Notes: a model not told the origin generated them from the letters alone. Shown: positions 1 to 14,501, counted from the stretch's first letter. The stretch is DNA of 64,000 bases from Adineta vaga (GCA_021613535.1 CP075492.1:868001-932000), one strand, 5' to 3'. Numbers and translations: made by a program.

Positions 1-1236
1 CATCAGAACCACTTTCTTCAAGAAGAATTTTGAGTTCGTCCGGATACGGTAACAGTGAAGGAAGTTCAACGGATCCAAAATGGCAACACTGTCTATATTC
101 ATTTTTTTCTTCCCGATGTCTCATTTCCGAAGAATAAAACACCACAATGTCGACATGGATTATCCATTTTTCCAAAATGACTCTTGAGAATGAGTTCACT
201 CGTAGTTGCATGACCTTCCAAAGAAACTTTATATTGTCAATGTTTCCGTTGACGTTGCTTATCTTTTGCTCGTCGAACCTCCTTTTCCTCCTGAGTCTCT
301 TGCTGTCGACGTGACTGATGTCTTTGAGCATCAGTACGTAGTCTTTTCAATCGGATTTCAACGGCTTCAGTAGCGCGACGTTCTCGTAGCCGTTTCGATC
401 TTCGAAATAATTGGCTTCGTCGTGATTTCTTTGTTTGACTATCGGAGGAATTTTGTTCAGCGTTCTCGTTAGAAACTGCAACAATTGCTACTGAATTAAC
501 ACCGTTGGCTGTATTTGTTAGATTTACAGACATTTCCACGCCGTAGTAACCTAACAGACGATGGTTTAGATCCCGACGTTCCCGAATAATCAAAACTTGT
601 TTTGCTTTTTTTGCAGATTTTTTCGAAATATGCGAATACTTCTTAAAGTTTAGATCTCCACACAGTCGTCCGAGCGTCGGTGTACCCCTTTTTCAATGTT
701 CCTTCGTAGAACTTCTGGCAAAAAAACCAACTATCTTCTAGAAAGTAACTGAAGAAGTGAAGCTTTTTTGCAGTCAGCACCTATATTTATACTTTTTCAG
801 TGCCTATTTCTGATGGAGAAGTATTTCAATTTAAAAATTTATCTGCGACCCACAGGTTATGCTGTCTTTTCGTGTCTCTTTATAATACAATCGGCTTTGT
901 TTTCTATACATGAAATCCATCTTAAAGCTGTAGGTATTCTTTTTCACTTGAGTAAATTGACATTCATACAATAAATATTATGTTATTGTGAGTCTAGATG
1001 AGGTTAGGAACTATGATTAAATCATATCTACACTGATGAGAGAATCTTTCCAACGGCCAAATCACTTTTTATGTGAAACCTACTGTTTTCTGTGTTACCG
1101 AATTTGCTGATTCTGAATATGCCGATGAGAAGTGCCCTTAGGCTTTTATACTTTGATTTTCCAGAAAAACCAGACTCACAGAGTATCAATTTAAAGTTAA
1201 TTTTTTGTTTTTGACAAGCGTATATTATAGAGTAGA
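1..1236 (-). mobile_element. Helitron 5' part with degenerate RepHel N-terminus; continues off the window
   Basis: Minus-strand 5' end A|TCTACTCTATAATATA at 1236. ORF 593..237 is R/Q/E-rich. Past the TGA it reads HFGKMDNPCRHCGVLFFGNE, then after a frameshift YRQCCHFGSVELPSLLPYPDELKILL, which is the Helitron CxxC...CCxxG.V.LP zinc-finger region. Confidence 0.8.
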
Positions 1237-1445
1237 TCAAATTGTCTATGAATCAATATTAATTTTCAATGAAAATTATTCAGTTAAATTCATATACTTA
1301 CTACATATGGTTAGTATATTACTGTCAAAATAGGAAATTTTGAAGCTGTTTATTCAGCTCTATATTTGTAAAACACAAAAATCAATTTATTTATGGACAA
1401 CTCAACCTGTTCTATAATATGCACTTATCAAAAACTAAAATTTGA

Positions 1446-1524
1446 TCTTGAGGGTGAAGATGAAGGTATAGATATTGTTCTAAACTCATCCACATAGCCA
1501 CCCACGCCCTCATCCTCACCCTCA
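1446..1524. repeat. telomere-repeat hairpin element (copy 1)
   Basis: TCTTGAGGGTGAAGATGA...TCATCCTCACCCTCA inverted ends. Confidence 0.65.
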
Positions 1525-3653
1525 GCTGTATCCAACATTCATTACTTTGTATATATTCATCTTCACGTAATTTCAGTTATTTGTTTTCTCTTTACTTTCT
1601 GATCAGTTAATTGAATACAGATACAACAAAGGTCGACAACTCAAATAAACTTCATGAAAACTTTTTTTTATAGAAATCAGTTTTCATATATAGTCTCAAC
1701 ATGAATGCGGCAAAAGGAAAAAAAATAATATCTTAATGAAGTAATATTTGATCAAAATATAAAACAAAATTCTTGATTCAGAGTATTATGACATCATGAA
1801 CATCTACAGAAATCATGAAGAGACAAGAAAAATCATCAATCTCTGATAGTCATAGCTTCAGCCATTCACAATATTTATAACAACTAACTTGAATAGTCTT
1901 TTACTTCTTCACATATTTCTTGCAATTAAATGAATTAGTTTTATGATGTATTTTCTTCTAACATCTTTCCAACTGTCTTCCTATAGTTGAATATTTAATC
2001 ATATGAATAGAAGAGTGTCTTGACGTTGATTAATAACAATATTTTGTAATGAAGAAAAAACTTTTCTTCTAAATTACATTTCCGAGAAATAAAAATCTTT
2101 TATTAGAAGAATCTGTTCTGATTTAGGAACTTGAATGAGTGTCTACAACCACTGCCATTTCTTTTGTTAACAAATCACAATTATATCTAAAAAGAATAAT
2201 AATAAGATTAAATGTATTCTTTCCGTAAAATACTTAGTAAAAATTTCATAATATTCATATACTTATATAGTTAATTAACTTAGTTAATATTATAAGAAGA
2301 AAAACAGAAATGAAAAGATATATATTTCGCTTATTCTTTTTCTTCTCAAACATTTTTAGAATACTGTTAACTTTGTTAAATAAGAACTCAACGAGAAAAA
2401 GTTATTCGAAAATATTCTGATTTGTTTCCACGCAAACAAAAATTTATTCGCAAAAGTATGTTCATGCGTTCAAACCATTCCTCAGTTATAATAATAATAA
2501 TCGTAATGACAACCGTTTTTTTATGATATTGTATTTTTTAATATTTTTAGTATGCCAGAAACTGCAACAAAAAGAGAAATTCTCTCTCACTCTTTCATAG
2601 ATTAAAACGGTACTTTTTTTCCAACTTAAAACAATATGTCCTTATACTGCATCATTCTTCTTTATTTTCTCTAGTTTTAGTAAAAATATGTTTCAGTGAA
2701 TTCATCAAATATACAAAAAAATTGATAATTCGAAGTTGCATTCAATTCACAATTATCTTTTCTCAATTTGACATCATGTCTATTGTTTACTCAAACTTGT
2801 CATTATCAATTCTAAGCAAATTATATGAAGTAAAAAGATGACAGATGACAATGAGACATAAGTTTCTAGGAATATCTGCATAAAGTATATAGAACTTCAA
2901 TAAGTAAATTCGAATTTAGTAATCGATGAAACAATCATTTTCATAACTGAGCCGTCGAGAAAGAAATTGAAAGAAAATGAATAATTATCGTAGTTCTTGT
3001 TTTACAATCGCACAAATATCAATAGTGCGATTCAAAATAATGTTGACAACATAGAGTTGACGAAAACGATGATAATAATCAATTTAACAAAATACTGATT
3101 ACTAAAGAATTATCATTATCTAGCATAGTTGTGCTTGTGCATCTGACAAACAAAATACTCATCTTATAATAAGAGATACTATTTTGTATTTATCTATATG
3201 GATGAGTATTTCTTTGTATTCAACTTAATCTTCTAAATGTGCACTAGTTTTCTATTGTTTCACTCTCCTTTTGTGTAGTCAATCGGCAATAACAAGATGT
3301 GCGACTTCACCGACATTGTTCATCATTCGCGGAAAAAGAATTTATCTTCACAGTTCGATTGTGTCAGAATATTTAAAAGCTAGTAGAATACTTTTCACAA
3401 AACACATTGCTATTTGTTAACGAAAAACATCAGAAAAAGCATGACGACAATTTTTTCAATTCATTGACGAAGCGAATAAAAGACTATATCAAGAGAAAGA
3501 GAGAGAGAGAAAGAAAGAAAGAAAGAAAGAAAAAAGGAGAGACAAAGAAAAAAAGAGAAAGAAAAGTACTTTCATCACTAGAAGATGCTTTTATTTTCAT
3601 TTTCAACAGTATACTATTCATCTGATCAAACAAGTGGAAGTCTGACTACAAAT

Positions 3654-4932
3654 ATGATTTGGATAAGAATATTTGTATTATTTTCGATGGTTATTTTTGA
3701 CCAAGCAGTTGCACAAAATGTAAGGTCATGTATGATGTCCACTATGGATGGATGGCAATTTCAATGTGCTACAACAACTTGTTTACCCTATGTTACTATT
3801 GTTGCATTCGATATTCTTCAGTGTCAAAGTACTTGTTTAGGACAAACTCAATGCGAAGCTGCTAGTTTTCATCAATCAACTTCTAGCTGTCAATTGTTTG
3901 ATCACATCGTCACTCAAAACAATAATATGGAAGCAATGGTGGGCACTGTTACTATGACAGTCATATCTGGAACACGAACACCATCTGGTAAGTATCAATT
4001 CAATATATCATGAGATTTGTGAGGTAGCGTCTTGTGCTATACTCTTGTTACAGCGACTTCCTCAGGTGGTGGAATTGAGTCAAACTTGTTGTCTTAATAT
4101 ACTACTAGTGATTCCCACATAAAATATGATTGATGTCGCTTTATTATTCTTCAAAAGACAGTGACTAGAGTGGAGAATAGTCACTCAACTGTATCATTGT
4201 TTTTCAATAGAATCTTTATGTGAGCAGGGATATCTTACTCTGAAAGTCATTCGAATAGATAAACGATCGAACTGTTCGACTTTTCGTCAGAGTGCATTCT
4301 TTTCGAGATTCTAAACAATGTACACAGAAATTATTTACATTCACACTTCAGGTAAAATTAGCAGACAAGAAATAGGAACAGTTCAACAAACATTTTTGAT
4401 ACTATCAACATTTGTTAAGAGTTGGAAATATCTCTGGTTGATAGAGTAAACAAGTTCTATACATAACTCTTCATTTGATTTATTTTTGTTTTTCACAAAA
4501 CAGAAACAACCACAACTGAATCATCAACAACCTCAGCCTCAATATTAACAATCTCATCATCATTGTCATCAACAACAGTATTAGCAGCCTCATCATCGTC
4601 AACACCAGGCTCATCATCATCAACAACATTAACATCATCATCATTATCATCAACGTCATCATCCACATCATCATCATCAACAACATCAACATCAACATCA
4701 TCATCAACCTCAACATCAACATCAACATCATCATCAACATCATCATCATCATCAACAACGTCAACATCAACATCAACATCAACATCAACGTCAACAACAT
4801 TATCATCAACGTCATCATCCACATCATCATCATCAACAACATCAACATCAACATCATCATCAACCTCAACATCAACATCAACATCATCATCAACCTCATC
4901 ATCATCATCAACAACATCAACGTCATCATCCA

Positions 4933-4964
<32 letters not shown>

Positions 4965-7900
4965 ACATCAACATCATCATCAACATCAGCAACACTTACT
5001 ACCGGTATGTAGCTGACTAAATCGAGAATTGTTTGCTACACATGGTAATGAATATTATTATATTAGTTTCAAAATAATTTCTGCACAAAATAGTTACTTA
5101 TCGGCTAAGGTAAAAAACTAGTCTCAAGTTTTCACAATGACTGCGAAGTTTTAGATGAAATTTGTAGAAAATTTACAAGATTAGTGAAACAAGAATCCGA
5201 TCACACTCACAACTTTCTTTGAGGTTTTTTACAAGAGAAACATTTGAACTTGATTATTTGTCACTTCGAACTCACCACATCAAATAGATCATATGCAGAC
5301 ATTAGAAATCCCAAAAACAATAGCCGCTAATCAATAGCTCTTTTCAATACAGTTACAAATATTCCCCTAAAATATTTACACTACACTAACACATGCATCC
5401 GAAAATTAAGTGATTGTATTTGAAAAGTGAATTTTATCCAGTAATATTTTTAGTCATCATCTAAATGTAATCTGAGTTATGAGGACTTGTGAGGTTCTCG
5501 TTATGGGGAATAGAAAACATAGGCTCCGACCTCCAATATAATCGTAGGCTGGCAGGTATCTCGAGGATATGGACAGGCCAGTATCGAGAAATCTCAGTAG
5601 TATAAATCAAGCCTACCGTATCCTAGTAAATAATGGAAAGAGATAAATGAAGATGAACGTGTTTATTTCGGGGTGAAAAGACAAGGACAAAATCAGATGA
5701 AGATGAGACGAGAGACACTGACTGGAAAATACAAAACCATCACTATATGTATATCAAAGACATAGAGAAATACAATAACAAAGTGGAAATAATAACACGG
5801 TATAACAGAGAGAAATATGAGAAAGATATAATAGAAGATCGTCGTGAGAGCACTATGATCATGAGAAAATACACATTTCACAGGAAGGAAAGAAAGTATG
5901 TACGTAGTGAAGAAGAAAGAAGGAAAGAAAGAAAACACACGTATCTATGTGTACACGATAGCGTCATAAAGTAACAACCGTTGACGCTAACAGGACTAAA
6001 GTTATATTGAAACCAGTTCTCATTATAGATGTCTCAGATTGAATTTCGTTCCAGATCTGAAAAAAGTGTTGGTGAGACTATTTTGTTTCTGGTTATATCT
6101 CCTTCTTTTATACAAATGTAGTTATATAAAAAGTCATTGAGTTCTAAGTGCCATTTCTTCGCAGATACATGAACACACTCATATTCGAATTTTTGACATT
6201 AATCATAAATAGAAGTGACGTAGGTAAAATTCGTACCAAAATAAATTTTAGACCATCGATCGTTAATTACTTCTAGAATGACCATATGTCTTCATTTTGC
6301 TCTATCTTTTCAACAGCAGGACGATCTTATTTGAAGAAGTGTTTCTTTTACGAGATATTGATTTGAGAAGAAAATATTATAGTCAATCGATGATTTAATT
6401 CCATTAAGTTATTTTTTGTTTAAAAATTCGATATCGTAGGCCTTGACAATATTATGATTACCAATAATAGTATCTCTCGACAAAATTCACGTCCATGAAA
6501 CATGTACAGTTATAGGAAAAAAAGACTCATGGCAACTTATTTTTGGTAGATTTGTGTATGTTCATAAGGTTTATCGAAAGAAGAGGATTCAAATACAAAA
6601 ATAATTAATCACTTCTAAATGAGATCTTTTTTTTCGGTAAATATAAACATCATATAGTTTTCTCTAATGAAGTTATTATCACTGTCAATTCATTGCAGGT
6701 GATTTTTCTGACGTACAATTAAACTGTGTCTAGTACCAGCTATAGTGATGGAAAGCACGAGTTAGATTTTCGAAAAAAAGTGTCAAAGATTTCTCTTCTG
6801 TCTGTTTTGATATATTTTTGTATTATTTCTCTTTCTTTTCTCCTCATATTATATGAATATCACTTGTCTTTAAGTATTGCAAAGTATAAGTTAAATCGAG
6901 GGGGAAAAGGCAGACTTGAAGTGTCATAAACAAAACGAACCAACATCTAGTCGTTCCTCAGTCTCCTTCCAGTCGGCCACTTACGACTAGCTGCTGTTCC
7001 TTTTAGGCAAACTATACACGTAACGCTTGTTGAAATCGTGTTCTACAGTACTGATGAGCTTTTTATTTATAAAATTTTCAAAAGCTCAACTCAGATTAGT
7101 GTTTCTCGAACCTGACTATACTCTTTGGTCTTCGCTCACAAAAAAATTTCAATTTAATGACGGTCCTTTCTCTCCAAAAACATATTGTTTAAAATTAAAT
7201 TTAGAAAATTCAGACTAAATACACATTGTCGTCGCTCCAATCTTTCAACAGTAAAAAATTTGATACTATATCTAAGTCTTCAATTTCTTCTCTTACCGAG
7301 ATGTTAGTCATTCAGTTTAACAGTTCCATTGTCATTACTGATGGAAAAAAGTTTCTTAAAAATCGGTGATAATAGTGGTGCTTCTGAATGAAACTACGAT
7401 ATCCCATATATTTATATAGTCATTATAGATACTTCTTAAGCAATAGCATCAATAATATCAATCTTCGTTTTCGATACAAAATGATCCTTAGTACTTTTAT
7501 AGATCGTGGTCTACTAGGTTATAAACGCAAAGAATCAAATAAAAGCTGAATGCGCAACAATGAACCAGTCATTGCATTCTTTTAGCTCAAAAACTATCAG
7601 CGCATGTTTTCTTCAGCTACTTTGTCCCTGTAAAATGGCCTACGAGTCCATTGAAGATTTTAAACAGTTCTATATAGATGTTCGGAAGGTAACGTCTACC
7701 ATCGATATAATGCGCAAAGAACCAGCAAGTCTTGAAGAAATCCCTTTGATTCTCTGAAAATCACTGGTATTTTTCACTGCGCATCTTTTATTCAGAATAT
7801 CAATCAAAATAAATTCATTGCAAAATTTAGTCATCCATACATGAAAACTTTTCTCAATGAATCTAAGCTAAGAAGTAGTTGAGCGAGGCTCTAATGACAG

Positions 7901-9270
7901 AACTTTTTTGGCTGCATTCTATTTCCTGAAATGAGGCAGCATAATTACGAAAAATCCTGTTACTTAACATGATTTCTAATCGACGGCCAACAAAGTCCTA
8001 TGACATATTGCTGTTTCTCACGAAAGTACAGAACGATGGAAGTAGCAGCTTGAGATTAATTACTAAACCCAATGAGTATAGCAATAACCATTCCGTGTAC
8101 AAATCTATTCGATGTAAGCAGCATTTAGATAAGTTTTTTCGAGTAATTTACGAGAAATTCACAATACCACAAATTCAAGAATGCTCGTACACTCATCACC
8201 TTTACACCGTTGTTCCTATTATTGTATATATCCTAGGATGCAATAGCATGTACTTGGGATCGCTCTCTTTTCCAACTGGCAGTAATCCAGTCTCAGTTGC
8301 GGTGATTGATGTTAACAATGATTCAAAACCTGATATAATTACGGCAGATTATTATGGAAACACAGTTACTGTCTTTCTTAATACAGGCAATGGCACATTT
8401 TCTTCTCCAACTAACTATACAACAGGCACTTATCCACAATCAGTTGCGGTCATTGATGTTAACAATGATACGAAACCTGATATAATTACGGCAAATAATA
8501 ATGGAAACACAGTTAGTGTTCTTCTCAATGCAGGCAATGGCACATTTTCTTCTCAAACTATTTATCGAACTGGCTCTAATCCACAATCAGTTGCGGTCAT
8601 TGATGTTAACAATGATGCGAAACCTGATATAGTTACGGCAAATAATAATGGAAACACAGTTAGTGTTCTTCTCAATGCAGGCAATGGCACATTTTCTTCT
8701 CCAACTAACTATACAACCGGCACTAATCCACAATCAGTTGCGGTCATTGATGTTAACAATGATTCAAAACCTGATATAATTACGGCAAATAATGGTTCAA
8801 ACACAGTTAGTGTTCTTCTCAATACAGGCAATGGCACATTTTCTTCTCCAACTAACTATACAACTGACACTAATCCACAATCAGTTGCGGTCATTGATGT
8901 TAACAATGATGCGAAACCTGATATAGTTACGGCAAATTATGGTTCAAACACAGTTAGTGTTCTTCTCAATACAGGCAATGGCACATTTTCTTCTCAAACT
9001 ACTTATACAACTGGCACTAGTCCACGATCAGTTGCGATCGGTGATGTTAACAATGACTCGAAACCTGATATAATTACGGCAAATTATGGTTCAAGCACCG
9101 TTAGTGTTCTTCCCAATACAGGCAATGGCACATTTTCTTCTCAAACTACCTATGCAACTGGCTCAGCTCCACGATCAGTTGCGATCGGTGATGTTAACAA
9201 TGACTTGAAACCTGATATAATTACGGCAAATTATGGTACAAGTGTTGTTGGGATTTTATTTCATTGTTAA
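3654..9270 (+). CDS. Secreted protein: signal peptide + PAN/apple-like domain + Ser/Thr mucin stalk + 7 FG-GAP/VCBS repeats. Exons 3654-3987, 4504-5004, 8237-9270.
   Basis: ATG at 3654 with a hydrophobic leader. CQSTCLGQTQCEAASFHQSTSSCQLF is PAN-like. Both introns are phase-1 GT..AG (3988-4503, 5005-8236) and join the exons in frame. The 49-aa repeats carry DVNNDxKPDIITAN Ca-binding loops. Confidence 0.85.
4560..4990 (+). repeat. TCA/ACA trinucleotide-derived coding repeat with an internal ~156-bp duplication
   Basis: TTATCATCAACGTCATCATCCACATC occurs at ~4643 and ~4800, with a partial third copy near 4917. Confidence 0.85.
5488..5992 (-). mobile_element. solo LTR (505 bp) in intron 2
   Basis: TGT...ACA termini; perfect 5-bp TSD GGACT at 5483-5487 and 5993-5997; AATAAA on the minus strand near 5665. 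Confidence 0.85.
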
Positions 9271-9630
9271 ATCCTTTCGAGGAATTACGCATTTCTTCGT
9301 CAGTGAAACCTGCTCTATCTTTATTTAATAGACTCATATTGCGCATCATTTACTTTTTCGTATTCGTTCTTCAATTGCTTTTGAGCTATTCAGCTTATAA
9401 CTAAAACTCTCGTCTGAATAAAATAATGAAAAAAATGATGATATCAGTGCTTTTCACAGAAATAATAAGAATACGTAGTGTATCACATTTTGAAAGGTCT
9501 CTGTAATTCAAGTTGGTTTTGGCTTTGCATTAGATATAAAGAAAATGCAGTGGTTTCAGGTTAGTGTAATTGATGCTTGATGCTGGTAATAAGAATTCCA
9601 TACACAACCATTTTTCTAGGATGATAAGGA

Positions 9631-10236
9631 TAGTAACGGGTGGAATAGAATAAAATGTGCCTTTGTATTTTGTCTATTCCTACTCTTTACTTGATCACGA
9701 AAAGAAAATTCTTTAAGTAAAAGATTGCTCGTGAAACTCTCTATAGGAGTGGATATTTATATCGTCCTCAATTGTCTCGGACATAATGCATTATCTGATA
9801 TAAAATGCCTTACAAAACGCGCAGTTTTCAAAATCCGTACTTTCCTTCATTGCTTTGGGACATGCTTCAATTATTCCATCACTGTTATATTAGTGCAAAT
9901 GTACTCTGTTCCAGGAAAATCTTCGAATTTTGTAACAAGCTCGTAGAAATCAACGCAGAGAACAAGTGCATATCGACATTTATAGCGATTGAATGTTTGG
10001 AACATGTCTCAAAGCAATGAAGGGAAGTATGCATTTTGAAAGTTGCGCGTTTTGCTGCGCATTTCATATCAAACATAGTATTATATCCGAGAGAACTGAA
10101 GACGATATAAATATCCACTTTTGTAGAGAGTGTCACAAGCAATCTTTTACTTAAAAACGTTTCTTCTTGTGATGAAGTAAAGAGCAGGAATAGACAAAAT
10201 ACAAAAGTACATTTTTATTCTGGTCCACCCGTTATT
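9631..10236. mobile_element. long inverted repeat, MITE-like (~280-bp arms)
   Basis: 9631-~9910 is the diverged reverse complement of ~9960-10236. The two mirror ORFs 9725+ and 10142- translate to similar peptides. Confidence 0.85.
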
Positions 10237-10911
10237 ACTTCTAAAGCTTTTAGTAGCAGATGCTCAAAACTAATTATTTCAATAGAAATATTTACGAGAA
10301 CATGTATTTTTCATTCAAATTTTCTTTTCAATAAAATAATCGAATTAGCCCCAGAAACATGGACGATAAACATAAAGGAAAAGAAAGACGATAAAAAGCG
10401 AACGAATTCTACTAAATTTAGCTGTTTCATCCAATCAACACAAAGTAGAAAAAATATCAAATTATATATCCTATAAAATCTTTGAATCTTTATAGATCAT
10501 CATGAATGTTCAAAGCTCGTAGGATTTATCAGGATCCGCTTTTCCACCCTTGATTTTTGTGATTTAGATATTAGTTGAGTGCAATCCTTCTCAATATCGA
10601 GTTCAAGTAAAATGTGGTGAAAAAGATTTTCCTTATGCCAATAATGTGCTTGTTCATGGGACTACGTTGAAACTTGATGGAATACAATGTATCACGAAAG
10701 AAATGATTTTAAGTGTCATTTCATACTATATAGATTTTTCTTTATATCATAGAGTTACTTCTATCGGGAATGCTTTTCGAGAATCAGATGAAATTGGTTA
10801 GTCAGTTCTACATTTGATCAGAATCAACCGTTGTTATGAATAATTAGCAAATGATCCAGTCTGAACGAAAGGTACAAGACCCATAAAGCGATACTGAAAA
10901 TATATTATTAA

Positions 10912-13108
10912 CCCTTTCGCTCCCGGCGACACATATGTGTGTGCAAATGTATTTATGCAGTAAAAGCCGTATTAGTATTTGTTTGAACCGTTTAGAAAAG
11001 CTTCTTATCGGTTGTTAGAAAGTGCCATAGTGATACATTTCTTCTTTCTTGCCTTTCTGTTGATATCTTTACTTATATACATTTCATCCATATTTTCTAT
11101 CGTTCTAGTACAATCACTTTTTTCGTTTTTTTCTTGGTATTTAGTATGCATTGTTTTTTGAAGCTGTGGCTGGTGTGTTTTTATCTTCCTGTTAACTTTT
11201 ACTTGGCTCTCTCTCTTCTACTAAATCTGAAACATTCTTTCCGTTTCTAATCAGTGCTGTATATATATATATATATATATCGCTCGAATAAATAAAAGAT
11301 GCAAGTAAGAACGAATAATAGACACTCTTTGCTGCGTAACTATTTCATACGCCTTCATCATGGCCGCGTCGAAAAAACGACATTTGGCTGAGAAAGAAGC
11401 TGAGAAAACTATGAATAATTTTCAATCCGACTTATCGTCAGAAGATGAGCTCTTGGGAGGTCTCAGTTCCATCACCATTGACTCCAGTGATGAAGAACTT
11501 CCAGCCGAACGTCATTGGCAGTCTGGAAGATTTACGCCGGTGACAACAGAGTTTCGTGGTGAGCCAGGTATCCGAAGTACAATTCTACGTGGTAGAAAAA
11601 CACCTTTTGATTATTTCCAACTATTTTTCGATGAGAATGCGATGCAGCATATAGTGGACGAAACAAATCGCTACTATTCTCAGAATCCAGCAGGCGAACG
11701 TCAACATATATCTAACTGGTACGACGTAACCTCGATGGAAATACATACATTTCTTGCAATTACAATGCTCACTGGGCTAATTAATAAAAATAGGATTCAA
11801 GACTACTGGAGCACCGATCCTTTATTATCTACGCCCATTTTCAGTCAGCATTTTACAAGGAATCGATACCAAGACATTCTACATTACTTGCACTTTAGCA
11901 ATAACGAAGATATTTCCGACAACAATCCTCTCGAGAAAATAAAACCAATCATAGATGCCTTGAAGAAAAAATTTTCAAATTGTGTCAATCCAACACAAAA
12001 TCTTTGCATTGTTCAAAGTCTTATATTATGGAAAGGAAGACTTGCATTCAAGCAATATATTCCATCGAAGCGTCACCGATTTGGAATCAAATCATTTGAG
12101 CTTGTCGATTGTGAAACTAAATTTATCCTCGACTTCATCGTTTACACCGGCTCAAATACAGAGTGTCAAATTACATCTGAACTTGGATTGAGTGGATCAA
12201 TTGTATTGGAAATGATGCGGCGTTATTTGAATAAAGGTCACCATCTATACGTCGACAATTGGTATACAAGTCCAACACTTTTCGAGCTCTTACATCGAAA
12301 TAAGACTGGTGCATGTGGTACCGTTCGTAAAAATAGAAAAGGATTACCACCTCTTACAACTAAATTGAAGAGAGGCGAGAATCAATACTCTCATACAAAT
12401 ATTTTATTGGCGCTAAAATGGTCGGATAAGCGAGAAGTACACATGCTTTCAACCATTCATTCAACAGCATATGCGAATTCAGACAAGGTAGATCATCAAA
12501 CTGGAGAAGAGATTGAGAAATCTGTCTGTATTCTGGACTACATCCAAAACATGGGTGGAATCGATCATGTTGATATGCAAATGTTATTTTCAGAGTGTAT
12601 AAGAAAATCGGTAAAATGGTATAAGAAAGTTTTTTTTCCACCTATTAGATATGGCGGTATACAATGCATTCGTAGTTTATAAACTGCAAAATGATTCGTC
12701 ACCTCACTTATCTGATTTTCGACTCGATCTGATCAGGAAAATTTTGACAAAATTCGGATCACAAAGATCAATTACTATCGGAAGACCACCGGCAAGGCCA
12801 CCTTCTCTCCGTTTAACTGCTCGGCATTTCCCTGCGCTCATTCCACAAACAACTCAACTAGAACAGCCTCGAAGACGATGCGTGGTGTGCTCATCTCATG
12901 ATCTTCGACGCGTTACACAATACATGTGTCCTGACTGCGATGTGCCATTATGTATTGTTGACTGCTTCAAAGACTATCATACAAAGACAAACTATTGATG
13001 TTTTCCGAACCAAGATTGAGTTTTCTTTCCGAAAAAAAATTAAAATCGTATTTAAAAATGACCTTTAAAACACCTAGTTTTCTCAAAAAAAAGCCGGGAG
13101 CCAAAAGG
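10912..13108 (+). mobile_element. piggyBac transposon, full length
   Basis: TTAA at 10908-10911 and 13109-13112; TIR CCCTTTCGCTCCCGGC / GCCGGGAGCCAAAAGG. Confidence 0.95.
11360..12998 (+). pseudogene. piggyBac (PGBD4-like) transposase, frameshifted
   Basis: KQYIPSKRHRFGIK, YVDNWYTS and MGGIDHVD motifs plus a C-terminal Cys-rich domain. The first catalytic motif reads IVQS instead of IDES. Frameshift in the T-run at ~12630-12637. Confidence 0.92.
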
Positions 13109-14223
13109 TTAATACGCTAAGAAAACAAGTTTTGCCATGATATCATCTGACTTTACCGAATGAGTTCTATCTCGCATCCACATTTGACTTCTTCATAATA
13201 CATTTACTTCAAAATTTGTAATACTCGTTACGAAATATTATATGCAAATTATCTCAAGTCTATCATTGATGACACTTTGTCCAAAAGATGTCGCACAGAG
13301 ACAGTTCATTTTTCGATGTTTTGTCTTTTGTTACTTCTCGTCTACATACTACTCACAAAAAAAAGAATTATACGCTTCTGCGCAAAATAACATAATCAAT
13401 ATTCACAAAATATTAAAACACACTAAACAACTGTTGAGTCCACTGTGAGAAGGCCGACCATTCATAATAATCATCCAATCCTGTACAGATGCGTATACAT
13501 ATATGTACAAGAACAGAAAGAAAATACAGCAAAGCAAATAAAATATGCTTAATCAAGCGTAACTCAAACTTTTTCAGCGAGTCGAAGCATGAAATGTCCT
13601 TGTCTTCATTTGCTCGATTAGCAACAAGGTAACTAGTAACTATATTTCTTTCATACTTTTGCGTACATTTATCAAACGATTATCAATGCAACACAAATGC
13701 TTATTCAATCATTGGCACATATTCTTCACCATGAACATAATTTTAAGTTTTTATTAACCCTAATAAATACTTTACTAACATTAGGATCATGCGCATAATT
13801 CAAACATCGATCGATGATGTCTCCCTGACTTTATCCAATTCATAAACTTCATATATAATACAGGGCAATTGAACAACACATCATATATGAATCATAAAGA
13901 CAGTACAATATTAAAACAATATATTAGCAAGTCTTTTATACATCATTGTTTTATCTATATAATACATTCAACTAAAACTTCTACTACCCATTTCACCAGC
14001 AATTTATCCGTCTCTTTATAGTACGTGTCGCTGTGTCACTCTTTGATGTCGGACATATCTCAATCGGACCTTCTTGTTTTTTCATAGAAGATCTCACGTT
14101 GTTGTGTCCCAGATCATCGAGCAACCTTCATTTGACATATGAAACTCCGAAGGATTTTGCATTAAATGTACTGAGCTTTTAAGGATTCGTGAAGTTATTA
14201 CTGGTTCTGGTCAACTCAGACGA

Positions 14224-14501
14224 AGGGTGTGGGTGTGGGTGTGGGCGGGTGTGGGTGCGGGTTTGGGGTGGATAAATGTAGGTGAGTGTGAGTGTGGGTG
14301 GTGGATAATGTAATTATCGTCCATTCAACCACAGCCAAACCCATCCATATAAAGTTGTAAAACAAAGTTTTGAAATATCACTAATAAGATTTATGTGAGT
14401 GTGTGTGGTTTGCGTGAGGATCTGGATGTGAAAGAATTTATTACACAGCTACACTCACATCATAACCACTCTCCCTCCTACAACGAAACCCACACCCACA
14501 A
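14224..14501. repeat. interstitial (TGTGGG)n-like tract and degenerate hairpin copy
   Basis: AGGGTGTGGGTGTGGGTGTGGGCGGGTGTGGG at 14224; C-rich CCCACACCCACAAG near 14490. Confidence 0.65.

Noticed and set aside
4480-4995. Poly-Met/Leu and poly-Asp/Val minus-strand ORFs
   Set aside because: They are antisense shadows of the Ser/Thr exon, which has proper splice sites on the plus strand
7969-8236. N-terminal 89 aa of the 433-aa FG-GAP ORF
   Set aside because: Probably intron read-through; the acceptor at 8235-8236 joins the upstream exon in frame
9725-10142. Two similar small ORFs on opposite strands
   Set aside because: A by-product of the inverted repeat
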